From: an uncultured Pelagibacteraceae bacterium
GTDB taxonomy: Bacteria > Pseudomonadota > Alphaproteobacteria > Pelagibacterales > Pelagibacteraceae
DNA: 64,000 nt
Direction: 5' to 3'
Assembly (NCBI GenBank): GCA_902617025.1
Contig: CACMVB010000005.1
Span: 328 to 64,327, forward strand
Shown: piece by piece, positions 50,838 through 60,347 of the stretch
Position numbering within the stretch: position 1 is the first letter of the stretch
Layout of the letters: every line of letters begins with the position of its first letter
Translations under genes and position numbers: made by a program
The notes under the pieces: generated by a model
Seen by the model: only the letters and a program-made list of their open reading frames with translations
What the model was told of the DNA's origin: nothing
The model's database searches: none

Positions 50838-50941
50838 AAAAAAGGAATAGGATAGCTTTAGACTTATTTACAAAAAAATATCGTAAACGTATAATTAAGC
50901 CCAAAAAAGGCAAAGGCAGTTTTAAAAGAAAAAAAAGATAA
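50834..50941 (+). CDS. Small basic protein, ArfA-like (candidate alternative ribosome-rescue factor)
   Basis: 35 codons: VKKRNRIALDLFTKKYRKRIIKPKKGKGSFKRKKR. GTG 50834 overlaps the regulator stop (GTGA) and AAGGG lies 8 nt upstream. YRKRIIKPKKGKGSFKRK aligns with the E. coli ArfA segment FRQRVEKNKKGKGSYMRK as I recall it. It is below the ORF-track length cutoff. Confidence 0.4.
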   Translation: MKKRNRIALDLFTKKYRKRIIKPKKGKGSFKRKKR

Positions 50942-50942
50942 T

Positions 50943-51872
50943 CTAACTTAATCTTGCACCAATCGTTTGAATAATTTTCGAAGACATTTTAGTCCCTTGT
51001 TCCAAACTTTCATTAATTGTTTTACCTTTCAGGTAATTATCAAGAAAACCGCTAGCAAATAAGTCACCGGCACCGGTTAAGTCTTTAATTTTAATATTTT
51101 TTTCTGCAGAGCACTCAAATACCTTTTCGTTATCAATTGCTATTGCACCTTTCTCTCCTCTTGTGATCACTACAAGCTTTTTAATTTTTTTTGAAAACTG
51201 AATTACTTCTTCAATTTTTTTTGCGCCAGTTAGAGAAATTATTTCTTGCTCATTCGCAAAAGTAATATCTAATTTTTGCTTAACTAAATTTAAAAAATGA
51301 ACCTTGTGTCTCTCAACACAAAATAAATCTGAAAGTGACATCGCAACTTTGTTTGCATTATTTATTGCTTTTTCAAAAGCTTTTCTAGGTTCACCTTCAT
51401 CCCATAAATAGCCCTCAAGAAATAAAATTTCACTTTTTTTGACAGCATTTATGTCGATGTCATTTTCGGCAATTTTACCTGCCGTACCAAGAAAAGTTAC
51501 CATAGTTCTTTCAGAGTCAGGAGTGATTAGTATAAGACATGATCCTGTTGGAGTTTCTTCTTTTTTTTTTGAATAAAAATATTCTACACTTTCTTTTTTT
51601 AAACCATCTTCGTACTTAGCGCCCAGTTCATCGTCACTTACTTTACCTATAAAACCTACTCGATTTTTCAGTTGAGCTAAACCTACAATAGAATTAGCCA
51701 CTGAACCACCTGCTATGGTCTCTTCAATTTTCAAATTAGATAGTAATTTTTTAAATTCATTTTCATCCACTAATTTCATGGTACTTTTAATTAATGAATT
51801 CTTTTTCAGAAAGTTTTCCTCTATCTTGCAGATAACATCCACTATCGCGTTCCCAATTCCTAAAATTTTCAT
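50943..51872 (-). CDS. PfkB-family kinase (adenosine kinase-like)
   Basis: GNAIVD, GGS.AN and the C-terminal DLTGAGD.FA.GFL motif. 309 aa. Confidence 0.85.
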   Translation of the reverse strand: MKILGIGNAIVDVICKIEENFLKKNSLIKSTMKLVDENEFKKLLSNLKIEETIAGGSVANSIVGLAQLKNRVGFIGKVSDDELGAKYEDGLKKESVEYFYSKKKEETPTGSCLILITPDSERTMVTFLGTAGKIAENDIDINAVKKSEILFLEGYLWDEGEPRKAFEKAINNANKVAMSLSDLFCVERHKVHFLNLVKQKLDITFANEQEIISLTGAKKIEEVIQFSKKIKKLVVITRGEKGAIAIDNEKVFECSAEKNIKIKDLTGAGDLFASGFLDNYLKGKTINESLEQGTKMSSKIIQTIGARLS

Positions 51873-51875
51873 TTG

Positions 51876-52529
51876 TTATGCTTTTTTTGTTTTTATTGGC
51901 TTTTTTCTATTTGGATAACAGCTTTTACATATTTTACAAGTTAATCCGTGGCAATCTCTAGCTTTACAATGTTCTCGGCCATACCAAATTATTTGTAAAT
52001 GAAGCTTGTTCCAATATTTTTTAGGAAATAAATTTTTCAAATCTTTTTCAGTTTGCACAACATTTGTTCCATTTGTTAAACCCCATCTTTGAGCCAGTCT
52101 ATGTATGTGAGTATCTACTGGAAAAGCGGGATATCCGAATCCTTGAGACATTACAACACTAGCTGTTTTATGACCGACTCCTGGTAACTGTTCAAGCTCC
52201 TCGTAAGTCTTAGGAACTTTACCATTATATTTTTCAACTAAAGTTTTTGATAAATAAAAAATACTTTTAGCTTTGACTCTAAAAATCCCAATTTTTCTAA
52301 TTAAACTTTCAATTTTTTTTCTACCTAATTTCACAAAATGTTTAGGTTCATTATATTTTGGATAAATTTTTTTTGTAACATTGTTAACATTAACATCAGT
52401 ACATTGTGCTGATAGAAGAACCGAAACCAATAGTGTAAAGGTGTTTTTGTAATTAAGTGGTATTGGTACTTTTGGATAAGTCCTATTTAAGATTCTAATT
52501 ATGATTTTAGATTTTTCTTTGTTATTCAC
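51876..52529 (-). CDS. nth: Endonuclease III
   Basis: LLSAQ.TD..VN, HhH-GPD motif LPGVG.KTA.VV, DTH..R and a C-terminal Cys cluster (C..C..C.....C type). Confidence 0.92.
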   Translation of the reverse strand: MNNKEKSKIIIRILNRTYPKVPIPLNYKNTFTLLVSVLLSAQCTDVNVNNVTKKIYPKYNEPKHFVKLGRKKIESLIRKIGIFRVKAKSIFYLSKTLVEKYNGKVPKTYEELEQLPGVGHKTASVVMSQGFGYPAFPVDTHIHRLAQRWGLTNGTNVVQTEKDLKNLFPKKYWNKLHLQIIWYGREHCKARDCHGLTCKICKSCYPNRKKPIKTKKA

Positions 52530-53302
52530 TTAAAGTTTAAAAGATCTCTCATTGAGTAGAGCCCTGGTTTTTTACTTATTAACCATTTCGCAGCAGTAAG
52601 TGCTCCTTCAGAGTAAAGGGCTCTATCAAAAGACTCATGATTCAAAGTAACAATTTCTTTCCCGCTAGAAAAAGTTACTTCATGTTCTCCTATAACATCA
52701 CCTTTTCTAATAGAGTTAAAATTAATTTTTTTACCATACGGAAATGATTTTTTATTCAAATATCTTTTACCAATTGACTTATAGAACTCTTTATTTCTAC
52801 CGTCAGCAATTCCTTTCCCCAACATTAGCGCTGTACCTGATGGGTAATCTTTTTTATATTTGTGATGAACTTCATAAACTTTACTAAGAAAGTTTTTTCC
52901 AAGAGATTTAGATGTTATCTCCGTTAAATAAATTAAAAGATTTACGCCAAGACTCATATTTCCAGCTTTTAAAATTGGTATCTTTTTTGAATATTTTTTT
53001 ATTAAATTTTCCTCATTTTTTTTAAAACCCGTTGTTCCAATCACAACTCTTTTTTTTTGTTTAACGGCAATTTTAAGAATTTCCAATGTACATTTAGGGA
53101 CTGTAAAATCTATTATCACATTTGCCTTTCTGAATGACTCGATTGAATTAAATTCTGGTCTAATTCCCAAAATTTTTTTCTTAATTTTTCTATTTTCGGT
53201 CAAAGACACAATTTTAAATTTCTTGTTTAAATTTGCAGACTTAATGAGTTGTTGACCCATTCTACCCATGCATCCTGTTATAGCTAAATTAATTTTTTTC
53301 AT
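52526..53302 (-). CDS. dapB: 4-hydroxy-tetrahydrodipicolinate reductase
   Basis: N-terminal GC.GRMG, IDFT.P, GTTG, E.HH..K.D.PSGTA and the C-terminal GLY.M.DLL. Confidence 0.9.
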   Translation of the reverse strand: MKKINLAITGCMGRMGQQLIKSANLNKKFKIVSLTENRKIKKKILGIRPEFNSIESFRKANVIIDFTVPKCTLEILKIAVKQKKRVVIGTTGFKKNEENLIKKYSKKIPILKAGNMSLGVNLLIYLTEITSKSLGKNFLSKVYEVHHKYKKDYPSGTALMLGKGIADGRNKEFYKSIGKRYLNKKSFPYGKKINFNSIRKGDVIGEHEVTFSSGKEIVTLNHESFDRALYSEGALTAAKWLISKKPGLYSMRDLLNFK

Positions 53303-53469
53303 TATCTAATTAAGTAAATAACTACAATAATCACTAGAACAATTATAGTCCATATCGATAAATTGCCTACAAATTGTTTTAACTTTTTATTGGTGGATAA
53401 AAAACTAGGCAAGATTAAAGCAAGAACTGCAATAAGAAATATCGCAGACATTATTTGATTAATTTCCAT
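53302..53469 (-). CDS. Small two-helix membrane protein (hypothetical)
   Basis: 55 codons: MEINQIMSAIFLIAVLALILPSFLSTNKKLKQFVGNLSIWTIIVLVIIVVIYLIR. It fills the dnaJ-dapB gap exactly, with ATG 5 nt after the dnaJ stop and a stop that overlaps the dapB ATG (TAATG). It is below the ORF-track cutoff. Confidence 0.35.
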   Translation of the reverse strand: MEINQIMSAIFLIAVLALILPSFLSTNKKLKQFVGNLSIWTIIVLVIIVVIYLIR

Positions 53470-53474
53470 TGAAA

Positions 53475-54596
53475 TTAAACTTTTTTCCAGAATTTTTTAG
53501 CTTTTTCAAAAAAGCTTTTTATAACTGGATCTGGTTTATTTGACTCTATTTCACTGAATTCTTGTAATATTTCTTTTTGTCTTTTGGATAGTGATGTTGG
53601 AACTTGAGTCACAACTCTTATATATAGATCCCCAAATATATTTCTTCTTAGAACGGGCATGCCTTTTCCTTTCAATCTAAATTGTTTTCCATGCTGAGTA
53701 CCTGACGGAATCTTGATTTTGGATTTACCTCCATCTATCGAGGGTACCTCCACTGAAGTTCCTAATGCGGCATCTGAAAATGATATTGGTAATTCATAAT
53801 AAAGATTTTCGTCTGACCTTTTAAAAATATTATGATTATCTATTGATATAAATAAGTATAAATCTCCATTAGAACCGCCTTTTGAACCTGCTTCTCCTTT
53901 TCCAGATAATCTTATTCTTGTTCCATCATCAACTCCTTTAGGTATTTTTACTGTAACGTTTTCATTTGCTTGTGTTTTACCATTACCACTGCAACTGCTA
54001 CAAGGAGTGCTGATCATTTCTCCATAGCCACTACATTGGGGACAGGTTTGCTGCACTGTAAAAAATCCTTGATTTGTTCTTACCTTTCCCCTTCCTGCAC
54101 AATAATCACATCTTACCGGTTTAGAGCCTTTTGCTGCGCCAGTTCCCGAGCAAGATTTACAAGATTTGTAAGTAGTATATCTTACGTTCTTTTCAGTCCC
54201 TCTATAAGCTTCTTCTAAACTTATACCTACATCATATCTTAAATCGTTTCCTCTGTTACTAGTTCTTCTTGAAGAACTACCTCCGAAGTCGCTAAAAAAA
54301 TCTTCGAAAATATCTGAGAATGAAGAACTATCAAAACCTCCGAAACCTTGGAAACCTCCGCCACCACCACCTTCAAATGCTGCGTGGCCAAATTGATCAT
54401 AATTTGCTTTTCTCTTATCGTCGGAGAGAATATGATAGGCTTCGCTGGCTTCTTTAAACTTTTCTTCTGAAGCTTTATCACCCTTGTTTTTATCTGGATG
54501 GTATTTTAATGCTAATTTTCTGTAAGCTTTCTTGATGTCATCTTTTGAAGCTCCTCTCGGGATACCTAAGACATCATAACAATCTCTTTTAGCCAC
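53475..54596 (-). CDS. dnaJ: Molecular chaperone DnaJ
   Basis: J domain (DYY..LG......[15 protein letters not shown]), a G/F region, and four CxxCxGxG zinc-finger repeats. Confidence 0.96.
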   Translation of the reverse strand: MAKRDCYDVLGIPRGASKDDIKKAYRKLALKYHPDKNKGDKASEEKFKEASEAYHILSDDKRKANYDQFGHAAFEGGGGGGFQGFGGFDSSSFSDIFEDFFSDFGGSSSRRTSNRGNDLRYDVGISLEEAYRGTEKNVRYTTYKSCKSCSGTGAAKGSKPVRCDYCAGRGKVRTNQGFFTVQQTCPQCSGYGEMISTPCSSCSGNGKTQANENVTVKIPKGVDDGTRIRLSGKGEAGSKGGSNGDLYLFISIDNHNIFKRSDENLYYELPISFSDAALGTSVEVPSIDGGKSKIKIPSGTQHGKQFRLKGKGMPVLRRNIFGDLYIRVVTQVPTSLSKRQKEILQEFSEIESNKPDPVIKSFFEKAKKFWKKV

Positions 54597-54619
54597 AGGA
54601 CGTCTCCTTATTTTTTATC

Positions 54620-56545
54620 TTAGGCGCTTTTTTCTTTATCTTCTTTCACGTCTTCAAAATCTGCATCAACTACATTGTCTTTTTCGTCAGGTTTAGCATC
54701 TTTTGGCCCACCAGATCCTTTATCATCATTTTTGGGTTTTTGTTGGCTTTTATATACTGCCTCACCTAGTTTCATAGAAACCTGGATTAAACTTTGTGTT
54801 TTCTTTTTTATATCTTCGACATCTGTACCCTCTAAAGACTTTTTAAGATCAGCTATTCCGGTCTCTATTGATTTTTTTTCTTCTTCAGAAACTTTATCTC
54901 CATGCTCTTTAAGACTTTTTTCTGTTGAGAAAATTAAACTATCTGCCTGATTTCTAACATCTACTGTCTCCCTTTTCTTTTTATCAGCTTCTTTGTTAGC
55001 TTCGGCATCTTTAACCATTTTCTGTATTTCCTCATCAGAAAGACCTCCTGATGCTTGTATTTGGATCTTCTGTTCTTTTCCAGTTCCTTTGTCTCTGGCA
55101 GAAACGCTTACTATTCCATTTGCATCAATATCAAATGTCACTTCAATTTGTGGAGTACCTCTAGGTGCTGGAGGGATGCCTACTAATTCAAAGTTTCCAA
55201 GTATTTTATTATCTGCAGCCATTTCTCTCTCACCTTGTAGAACTCTAATAGAGACCGCCGGCTGATTATCTTCTGCTGTGGAGAAAACCTGACTTTTTTT
55301 AGTTGGTATAGTTGTGTTTTTCTCAATTAATTTTGTAGATACACCTCCTAGTGTTTCAATACCCAAAGACAGAGGAGTGACATCTAAAAGCAAAACATCT
55401 TTTACATCGCCTTGAAGTACACCTCCTTGAATAGCTGCACCCATAGCAACTACCTCGTCTGGGTTGACGCTTTTATTAGGCTCTTTTCCAAAAAAATTTT
55501 TAACAGTTTCTATTATTTTGGGCATTCTTGTCATCCCACCTACCAGCACTACTTCATTTATTTCTGCTGCAGAGAAGCCAGAATCTTTTAACGCAGTTTT
55601 ACATGGCTCAAGGGTTCTATCAACTAAGCCTTGAACTAAGGCCTCCAGTTTAGCTCTAGTAAATTTCAAATTTAAATGTTTAGGCCCAGATTTGTCTGCG
55701 GTTATAAAAGGTAAATTAATTTCTGTTTGAGCTGCGGAGGAAAGTTCTATTTTAGCTTTTTCAGCCGCCTCTTTTAATCTTTGTAAGGCCAATTTATCTG
55801 TCTTTAAATCAATCCCGTTATCTTTTTTAAACTCTGATGCTAAATATTCAACTATCGCGTCATCAAAATCTTCTCCTCCTAAAAATGTGTCCCCATTTGT
55901 AGACTTAACTTCAAATACCCCGTCACCAATTTCTAAAATAGAAATATCAAATGTACCTCCACCTAAATCATAAACAGCTATTTTTTTTCCACCTTTTTTA
56001 TCTAAGCCGTATGCTAAAGATGCTGCAGTTGGCTCGTTTATAATTCTCAAAACTTCTAAACCTGCAATCTTTCCTGCATCTTTAGTAGCTTGCCTTTGTG
56101 AGTCATTAAAATAGGCTGGTACAGTAATTACAGCTTTTGTTACAGCCTGACCCAAATATTTTTCGGCAGTTTCTTTCATTTTTTGTAAAACAAAAGCGGA
56201 GATTTGAGCGGGAGAATATTTTTTCCCTTTACCCTCAACCCATGCATCACCGTTATCTGATTTCACAATTTTATAAGGAACTTTTGAAATATCTTTTTGG
56301 ACTGAAGGACCATCAAATTTTCTTCCTATAAGTCTTTTCACTGCAAAAATAGTGTCCCCAGCGTTCGTTACAGCTTGTCTTTTAGCTGGTTGGCCAACTA
56401 ACTTTTCATCTTTTTCTAAAAAAGCCACGACAGAGGGTGTAGTTCTAGCGCCTTCTATATTTTCTAAAACCTTGGCTTGTTTACCATCCATTATCGCCAC
56501 ACATGAATTAGTGGTACCTAAGTCTATTCCTATTACTTTACTCAT
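54620..56545 (-). CDS. dnaK: Molecular chaperone DnaK (Hsp70)
   Basis: [22 protein letters not shown] and VLVGG.TRMP motifs over 641 aa. Confidence 0.98.
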   Translation of the reverse strand: MSKVIGIDLGTTNSCVAIMDGKQAKVLENIEGARTTPSVVAFLEKDEKLVGQPAKRQAVTNAGDTIFAVKRLIGRKFDGPSVQKDISKVPYKIVKSDNGDAWVEGKGKKYSPAQISAFVLQKMKETAEKYLGQAVTKAVITVPAYFNDSQRQATKDAGKIAGLEVLRIINEPTAASLAYGLDKKGGKKIAVYDLGGGTFDISILEIGDGVFEVKSTNGDTFLGGEDFDDAIVEYLASEFKKDNGIDLKTDKLALQRLKEAAEKAKIELSSAAQTEINLPFITADKSGPKHLNLKFTRAKLEALVQGLVDRTLEPCKTALKDSGFSAAEINEVVLVGGMTRMPKIIETVKNFFGKEPNKSVNPDEVVAMGAAIQGGVLQGDVKDVLLLDVTPLSLGIETLGGVSTKLIEKNTTIPTKKSQVFSTAEDNQPAVSIRVLQGEREMAADNKILGNFELVGIPPAPRGTPQIEVTFDIDANGIVSVSARDKGTGKEQKIQIQASGGLSDEEIQKMVKDAEANKEADKKKRETVDVRNQADSLIFSTEKSLKEHGDKVSEEEKKSIETGIADLKKSLEGTDVEDIKKKTQSLIQVSMKLGEAVYKSQQKPKNDDKGSGGPKDAKPDEKDNVVDADFEDVKEDKEKSA

Positions 56546-56569
56546 TATATTTGTCCTTTGTTAATTTTA

Positions 56570-56598
56570 ATATGGGTGTTTTTTTTACTTCTACAAGG
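56570..56598 (-). promoter_or_regulatory. Sigma32 (RpoH)-type heat-shock promoter upstream of dnaK
   Basis: The minus strand reads CCTTGTAG-AAGTAAAAAAAACA-CCCATAT, that is CTTG-N17-CCCATAT. This matches the alphaproteobacterial RpoH consensus (CTTG-N17/18-CYTATNT) and the E. coli -10 CCCCATNT. The -10 ends 24 nt before the dnaK ATG, with AAGGA in between. Confidence 0.4.
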
Positions 56599-56606
56599 TT
56601 TTTTCT

Positions 56607-57179
56607 CTATTTTTTTCCATCTTTTTCTTCGCTTTTTGCATCTTTTTTCTTTGCAACCCCTACTAAAGCAGGTCGTAATAATCTCTCACTCAACATGTAG
56701 CCTGGTTGGATAACTTGTACAACAGTTCCTGGATCAGAATTTTGGTCCTCAATTTCAGTCATGGCTTGATGAATATTAGGATCGAATTTTTTTCCCTCAG
56801 CATCGATCTTTTTAATATTATTTTTTTCAAATATTGAGACTAAATCTTTTTCAATAATATTTATATTTTCAATGAATTTATCTAAATCTTTGTTTACCTT
56901 TAAAATATTATCATTCTTTATTGCATTTTTTGCTCTTTGTAAGTTATCCAGTATTGCTAAACTTTCGCGAGCAAAGTTAAAGGACCCAAATTCAAAAGCA
57001 TCTTTTATTTCTTTTTCAAACCTTCGCCTTTGATTTTCAATTTCCGCTAAAGATCTTAATAATTTGTCCTCTGTTTCTTTAAGCTTATCTTCAACTGTGA
57101 GTTTCTTTTCTTTTTCGCTTTCCTCACCTGAAGTTTTTTTCTTAGGTTCATCTTGTTTTTTTTTGTTATTTTCAGTCAT
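56607..57179 (-). CDS. grpE: Nucleotide exchange factor GrpE
   Basis: Charged N-terminus, a coiled coil (R..AE.EN.RRR), ...H.A and GY.....R.LRPA.V motifs. Confidence 0.93.
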   Translation of the reverse strand: MTENNKKKQDEPKKKTSGEESEKEKKLTVEDKLKETEDKLLRSLAEIENQRRRFEKEIKDAFEFGSFNFARESLAILDNLQRAKNAIKNDNILKVNKDLDKFIENINIIEKDLVSIFEKNNIKKIDAEGKKFDPNIHQAMTEIEDQNSDPGTVVQVIQPGYMLSERLLRPALVGVAKKKDAKSEEKDGKK

Positions 57180-57222
57180 CTAATTGCTATATAGTAAACA
57201 ATATTCAAAATACTAGAGCTTA

Positions 57223-57801
57223 ATGAAAAAAATTTTAATAGGAACACATAATCAAGGAAAATTCAGAGAAATAGCATTTCTTTTATCTAAGAAATTTAAA
57301 AAAATTTCACCACTAACACTTAAAATACCAAGTCCAAAAGAAACTGGAAAAACCTTTCACTCAAACTCACGATTAAAAGCAAATTTTTTTTCAAAATTTG
57401 TAGACTATCCAGTCATATCTGACGACTCTGGTTTGAGTATTAAATCAATGAAAAATAAACCTGGTATATATTCAGCTAGGCTTGCAAAACAAAAAGGAAA
57501 CTTTTTTAATGCGATGAAATATATTTTAAAAAAAATGAAAAATAAAAAAAATAGAAGTGCAACTTTTTTTTGTAGTCTTTCTATAAAGTTTCCAAAAAAA
57601 AAAATTATAACCGTTGTCGGCAAAGTTGATGGAAATATTTCAGAAACGATAATTGGTAAAAAGGGTTTCGGTTATGATCCAATTTTTATACCAAATAATG
57701 AAAGTAAAACATTCGGTCAAATTTCAAAGAAGCAAAAGATAAAAATGGACCATAGATATTATGCTTTCAAGAAATTAAAAAAAAAAATTAAAATTTTGTA
57801 A
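57223..57801 (+). CDS. rdgB: Non-canonical purine NTP pyrophosphatase (RdgB/HAM1 family)
   Basis: I..T.N.GK..E, DDSGL, G.YSAR, GFGYDPIF and HR..A motifs. Confidence 0.85.
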   Translation: MKKILIGTHNQGKFREIAFLLSKKFKKISPLTLKIPSPKETGKTFHSNSRLKANFFSKFVDYPVISDDSGLSIKSMKNKPGIYSARLAKQKGNFFNAMKYILKKMKNKKNRSATFFCSLSIKFPKKKIITVVGKVDGNISETIIGKKGFGYDPIFIPNNESKTFGQISKKQKIKMDHRYYAFKKLKKKIKIL

Positions 57802-58942
57802 ATTTTTTATTTTCAGTTTTATAAATATTTAATTCTTGAATTACCTTCCTATCTTTAAAGCTAAAAGTACCAATTTTACCTTTAATTTTACTTTTGAATG
57901 AAAATTCGTTTGTTGAGTTAACGTTACCATTTTTCTTCCACGCATAATAAATTAAACCTAAGGCATCATAAGTAAGTATGGTTATTTCACTAGGGAAAGT
58001 TTTGAATGTTTTAAAATATTTATTATTGTATTTTTTAAATTCTTTATAATTTATAGAAGGGTAATACAATGTTTTTATCGTATTTTCATAAAAAATACTT
58101 TCATCAAACCATTGATTAACAGTTGTAAATAAAACATCATTTTGATTTACATCAGTGTATACTAAAGATGTTAAAACACTTTTTAAACTGTTACCAAAAT
58201 CAATTATAACGACTGAGTCAAAATTTATTTTTCCTAATGTGTAGAGTTGTTCTAATCTTTCTAATTCTTTTACAGATTGATCATCTTCTTTATCCTCAAA
58301 CATTTTTTTTCTAAGTTCTAGGTTCTTTTTTCTCTGCGCATAATTAGTTAATTTTTCTATTTCGCCAGTTAAGACTTGTGGGTCAGAATTATATTTAAAA
58401 ACTCTAATGTTACTGAAGTCTACTTTTTTTAATTTTTTTTCAATTAACTCTTCATATTGATTTTTAGGAAACATAATAATTGTTTTATTTTTTTTTTGTT
58501 TTTTTATGAATTTTTTCAAAGCAATCAATTGAGACTCTAAACTGATACCTACACTTATTACATTGCCCTCAAATTCTGGAGTTATATTAGATGGAGATAT
58601 AAAAATCATATCGTTATACTTTTTAACTTCATCAAAATCACTTTTACTCATGGGGCCTATCACAACCTTAATTCCTTGTGATTTCATATCTTTTAATGCG
58701 CTTCTAAGTTTTTCTTTGTTATTGAAACCACTATCTCTCGGTAAAATAAATATGTTTTCATCATTGATTTCCTCTAGAGCCAATTGAAGAGAATATAAAA
58801 ATGAATTACCCAGTTCAGCATATTTGCCACTAAGAGGAGCTAATAAACCAACTTTAAGAATTTTTGAATTTTCAGCAGCAAAAAGATTAGAATTAGTAAA
58901 TAATATTATGTAAGATAAAATTATTACAATTTTTTTTTTCAT
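57788..58942 (-). CDS. Periplasmic-binding-fold lipoprotein, LpoA/LppC-like penicillin-binding-protein activator
   Basis: Signal peptide, then KVGLLAPLSG.YA..G......LA, the type-1 periplasmic binding fold. Divergent from rsmI as lpoA (yraM) is from rsmI (yraL) in E. coli. Confidence 0.58.
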   Translation of the reverse strand: MKKKIVIILSYIILFTNSNLFAAENSKILKVGLLAPLSGKYAELGNSFLYSLQLALEEINDENIFILPRDSGFNNKEKLRSALKDMKSQGIKVVIGPMSKSDFDEVKKYNDMIFISPSNITPEFEGNVISVGISLESQLIALKKFIKKQKKNKTIIMFPKNQYEELIEKKLKKVDFSNIRVFKYNSDPQVLTGEIEKLTNYAQRKKNLELRKKMFEDKEDDQSVKELERLEQLYTLGKINFDSVVIIDFGNSLKSVLTSLVYTDVNQNDVLFTTVNQWFDESIFYENTIKTLYYPSINYKEFKKYNNKYFKTFKTFPSEITILTYDALGLIYYAWKKNGNVNSTNEFSFKSKIKGKIGTFSFKDRKVIQELNIYKTENKKFTKF

Positions 58943-58945
58943 AAA

Positions 58946-59785
58946 ATGAAATTATTAAAAAATTCTTTATATATTGTTTCAACACCAATTGGAAATTTAG
59001 ATGATATTACGTTAAGAGCAATAGAAGTATTAAAAAATTGCGACATCATTTTGTGTGAGGATACAAGGCATTCTTTGAAATTACTAAATCATTTAAAAAT
59101 TAAGAAAAGATTAATTTCATATCATAAATTTAACGAAAAAAAACAAATCAACCCCATTATAGAGCATGTTAATCAGGGCAAAATTTTGTCTTTAATATCT
59201 GATGCTGGAACGCCATTGCTTTCTGACCCTGGCCGTTTCCTTATCAATGCATGTATAGAAAAGAATATCAAAATTTACCCAATACCAGGAGTTTCCTCAA
59301 TCACTGCCTCTATGAGTATATCTGGATTTAGTGACAAGTTTTTATTTTATGGTTTCCTTCCGAAAAATGAGGGCGAAATTGAAAAAGTTCTTAAAACATT
59401 ATCAAGTTATGAGTTTTCGCAAATTTTTTTTATACCTGCTATAAAGATTAATTATTATTTAAAAAAGTTCAAAAAATATTATTCAAATAGAAAATTATTG
59501 ATCGCCAGGGAAATAACAAAAATACATGAAGAATATCTCAGGATTGATGCTACCAATTTTGAAAAGTTGAAAAAAACAATGAAAGGTGAAGTAACATTAG
59601 TAGTTTCAGAGGGACAGAAACAGCAGATTTACTTCGATGAAGAAAAGTTTATCAACAAGGCAAAAATATATTTAAAAAAGTATAGCTTAAAAGATACAGT
59701 TGACTTAATGATGATAAATGAAAATATAAGCAAAAAAAAAATTTACAATCTATGTGTTAAAATAAAAAATGAAAAAAATTACTAG
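58946..59785 (+). CDS. rsmI: 16S rRNA (cytidine1402-2'-O)-methyltransferase RsmI
   Basis: LYIV.TPIGNL.DIT.RA...L.....I.CEDTR and SDAG.P..SDPG motifs. Confidence 0.9.
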   Translation: MKLLKNSLYIVSTPIGNLDDITLRAIEVLKNCDIILCEDTRHSLKLLNHLKIKKRLISYHKFNEKKQINPIIEHVNQGKILSLISDAGTPLLSDPGRFLINACIEKNIKIYPIPGVSSITASMSISGFSDKFLFYGFLPKNEGEIEKVLKTLSSYEFSQIFFIPAIKINYYLKKFKKYYSNRKLLIAREITKIHEEYLRIDATNFEKLKKTMKGEVTLVVSEGQKQQIYFDEEKFINKAKIYLKKYSLKDTVDLMMINENISKKKIYNLCVKIKNEKNY

Positions 59786-60347
59786 CATTGTTTTTTTGTT
59801 ACTTTTCTCATCATGCACCTCTGTTGGACAATTTGGAGCGGGAGTTGATATCACTTTTGATCCTAGAACTATCGGAATGCAAATTGATGATACTATTATG
59901 CAAAAAAATTTAAGTGCAAGATTAGCCCTTTCGAATAAAAAATATTTTCTGTCTATAAAATCAGAAGTTAAAGATGGTAATATATTTTTATCTGGAAAAG
60001 TAGACCAACCTCAAGAAAAAATCCAAATTACTAAAATGGCCTGGGAAACTAAAGGAGTTCGTTCGGTAAAAAATGCCATAGATATAAAAGGTCAAAGAAA
60101 CTTTAAAGCTTCAGCAAAAGATATTTTAATTACTAGTCAATTAAGAACTGCTTTAATTCTAAATAAAAAAACTAAAGCAAGAAATTACAGCTTGGAGACT
60201 ATTAACAAAAATATTTATATTTTTGGCATTGCTATGGACCAAGATGAAAAAAAAGAAGTTATTAATGAAGCAAATAAAATTTACGATGTCGAAAAAGTAT
60301 TACCTTCAATTTATTTAGCAACAGAACTTAGTCGAAACAAACTTTAG
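59769..60347 (+). CDS. BON-domain lipoprotein (DolP/YraP-like)
   Basis: Lipobox LFSSCT and two BON-like repeats (...V.V..G.I.L.G.V....E). Lies downstream of rsmI as in the E. coli yraL-P region. Confidence 0.68.
   Translation: MKKITSIVFLLLFSSCTSVGQFGAGVDITFDPRTIGMQIDDTIMQKNLSARLALSNKKYFLSIKSEVKDGNIFLSGKVDQPQEKIQITKMAWETKGVRSVKNAIDIKGQRNFKASAKDILITSQLRTALILNKKTKARNYSLETINKNIYIFGIAMDQDEKKEVINEANKIYDVEKVLPSIYLATELSRNKL

Noticed and set aside
56546-57222. CIRCE/HrcA operator near grpE and dnaK
   Set aside because: No TTAGCACTC-N9-GAGTGCTAA-like inverted repeat is present in either spacer.
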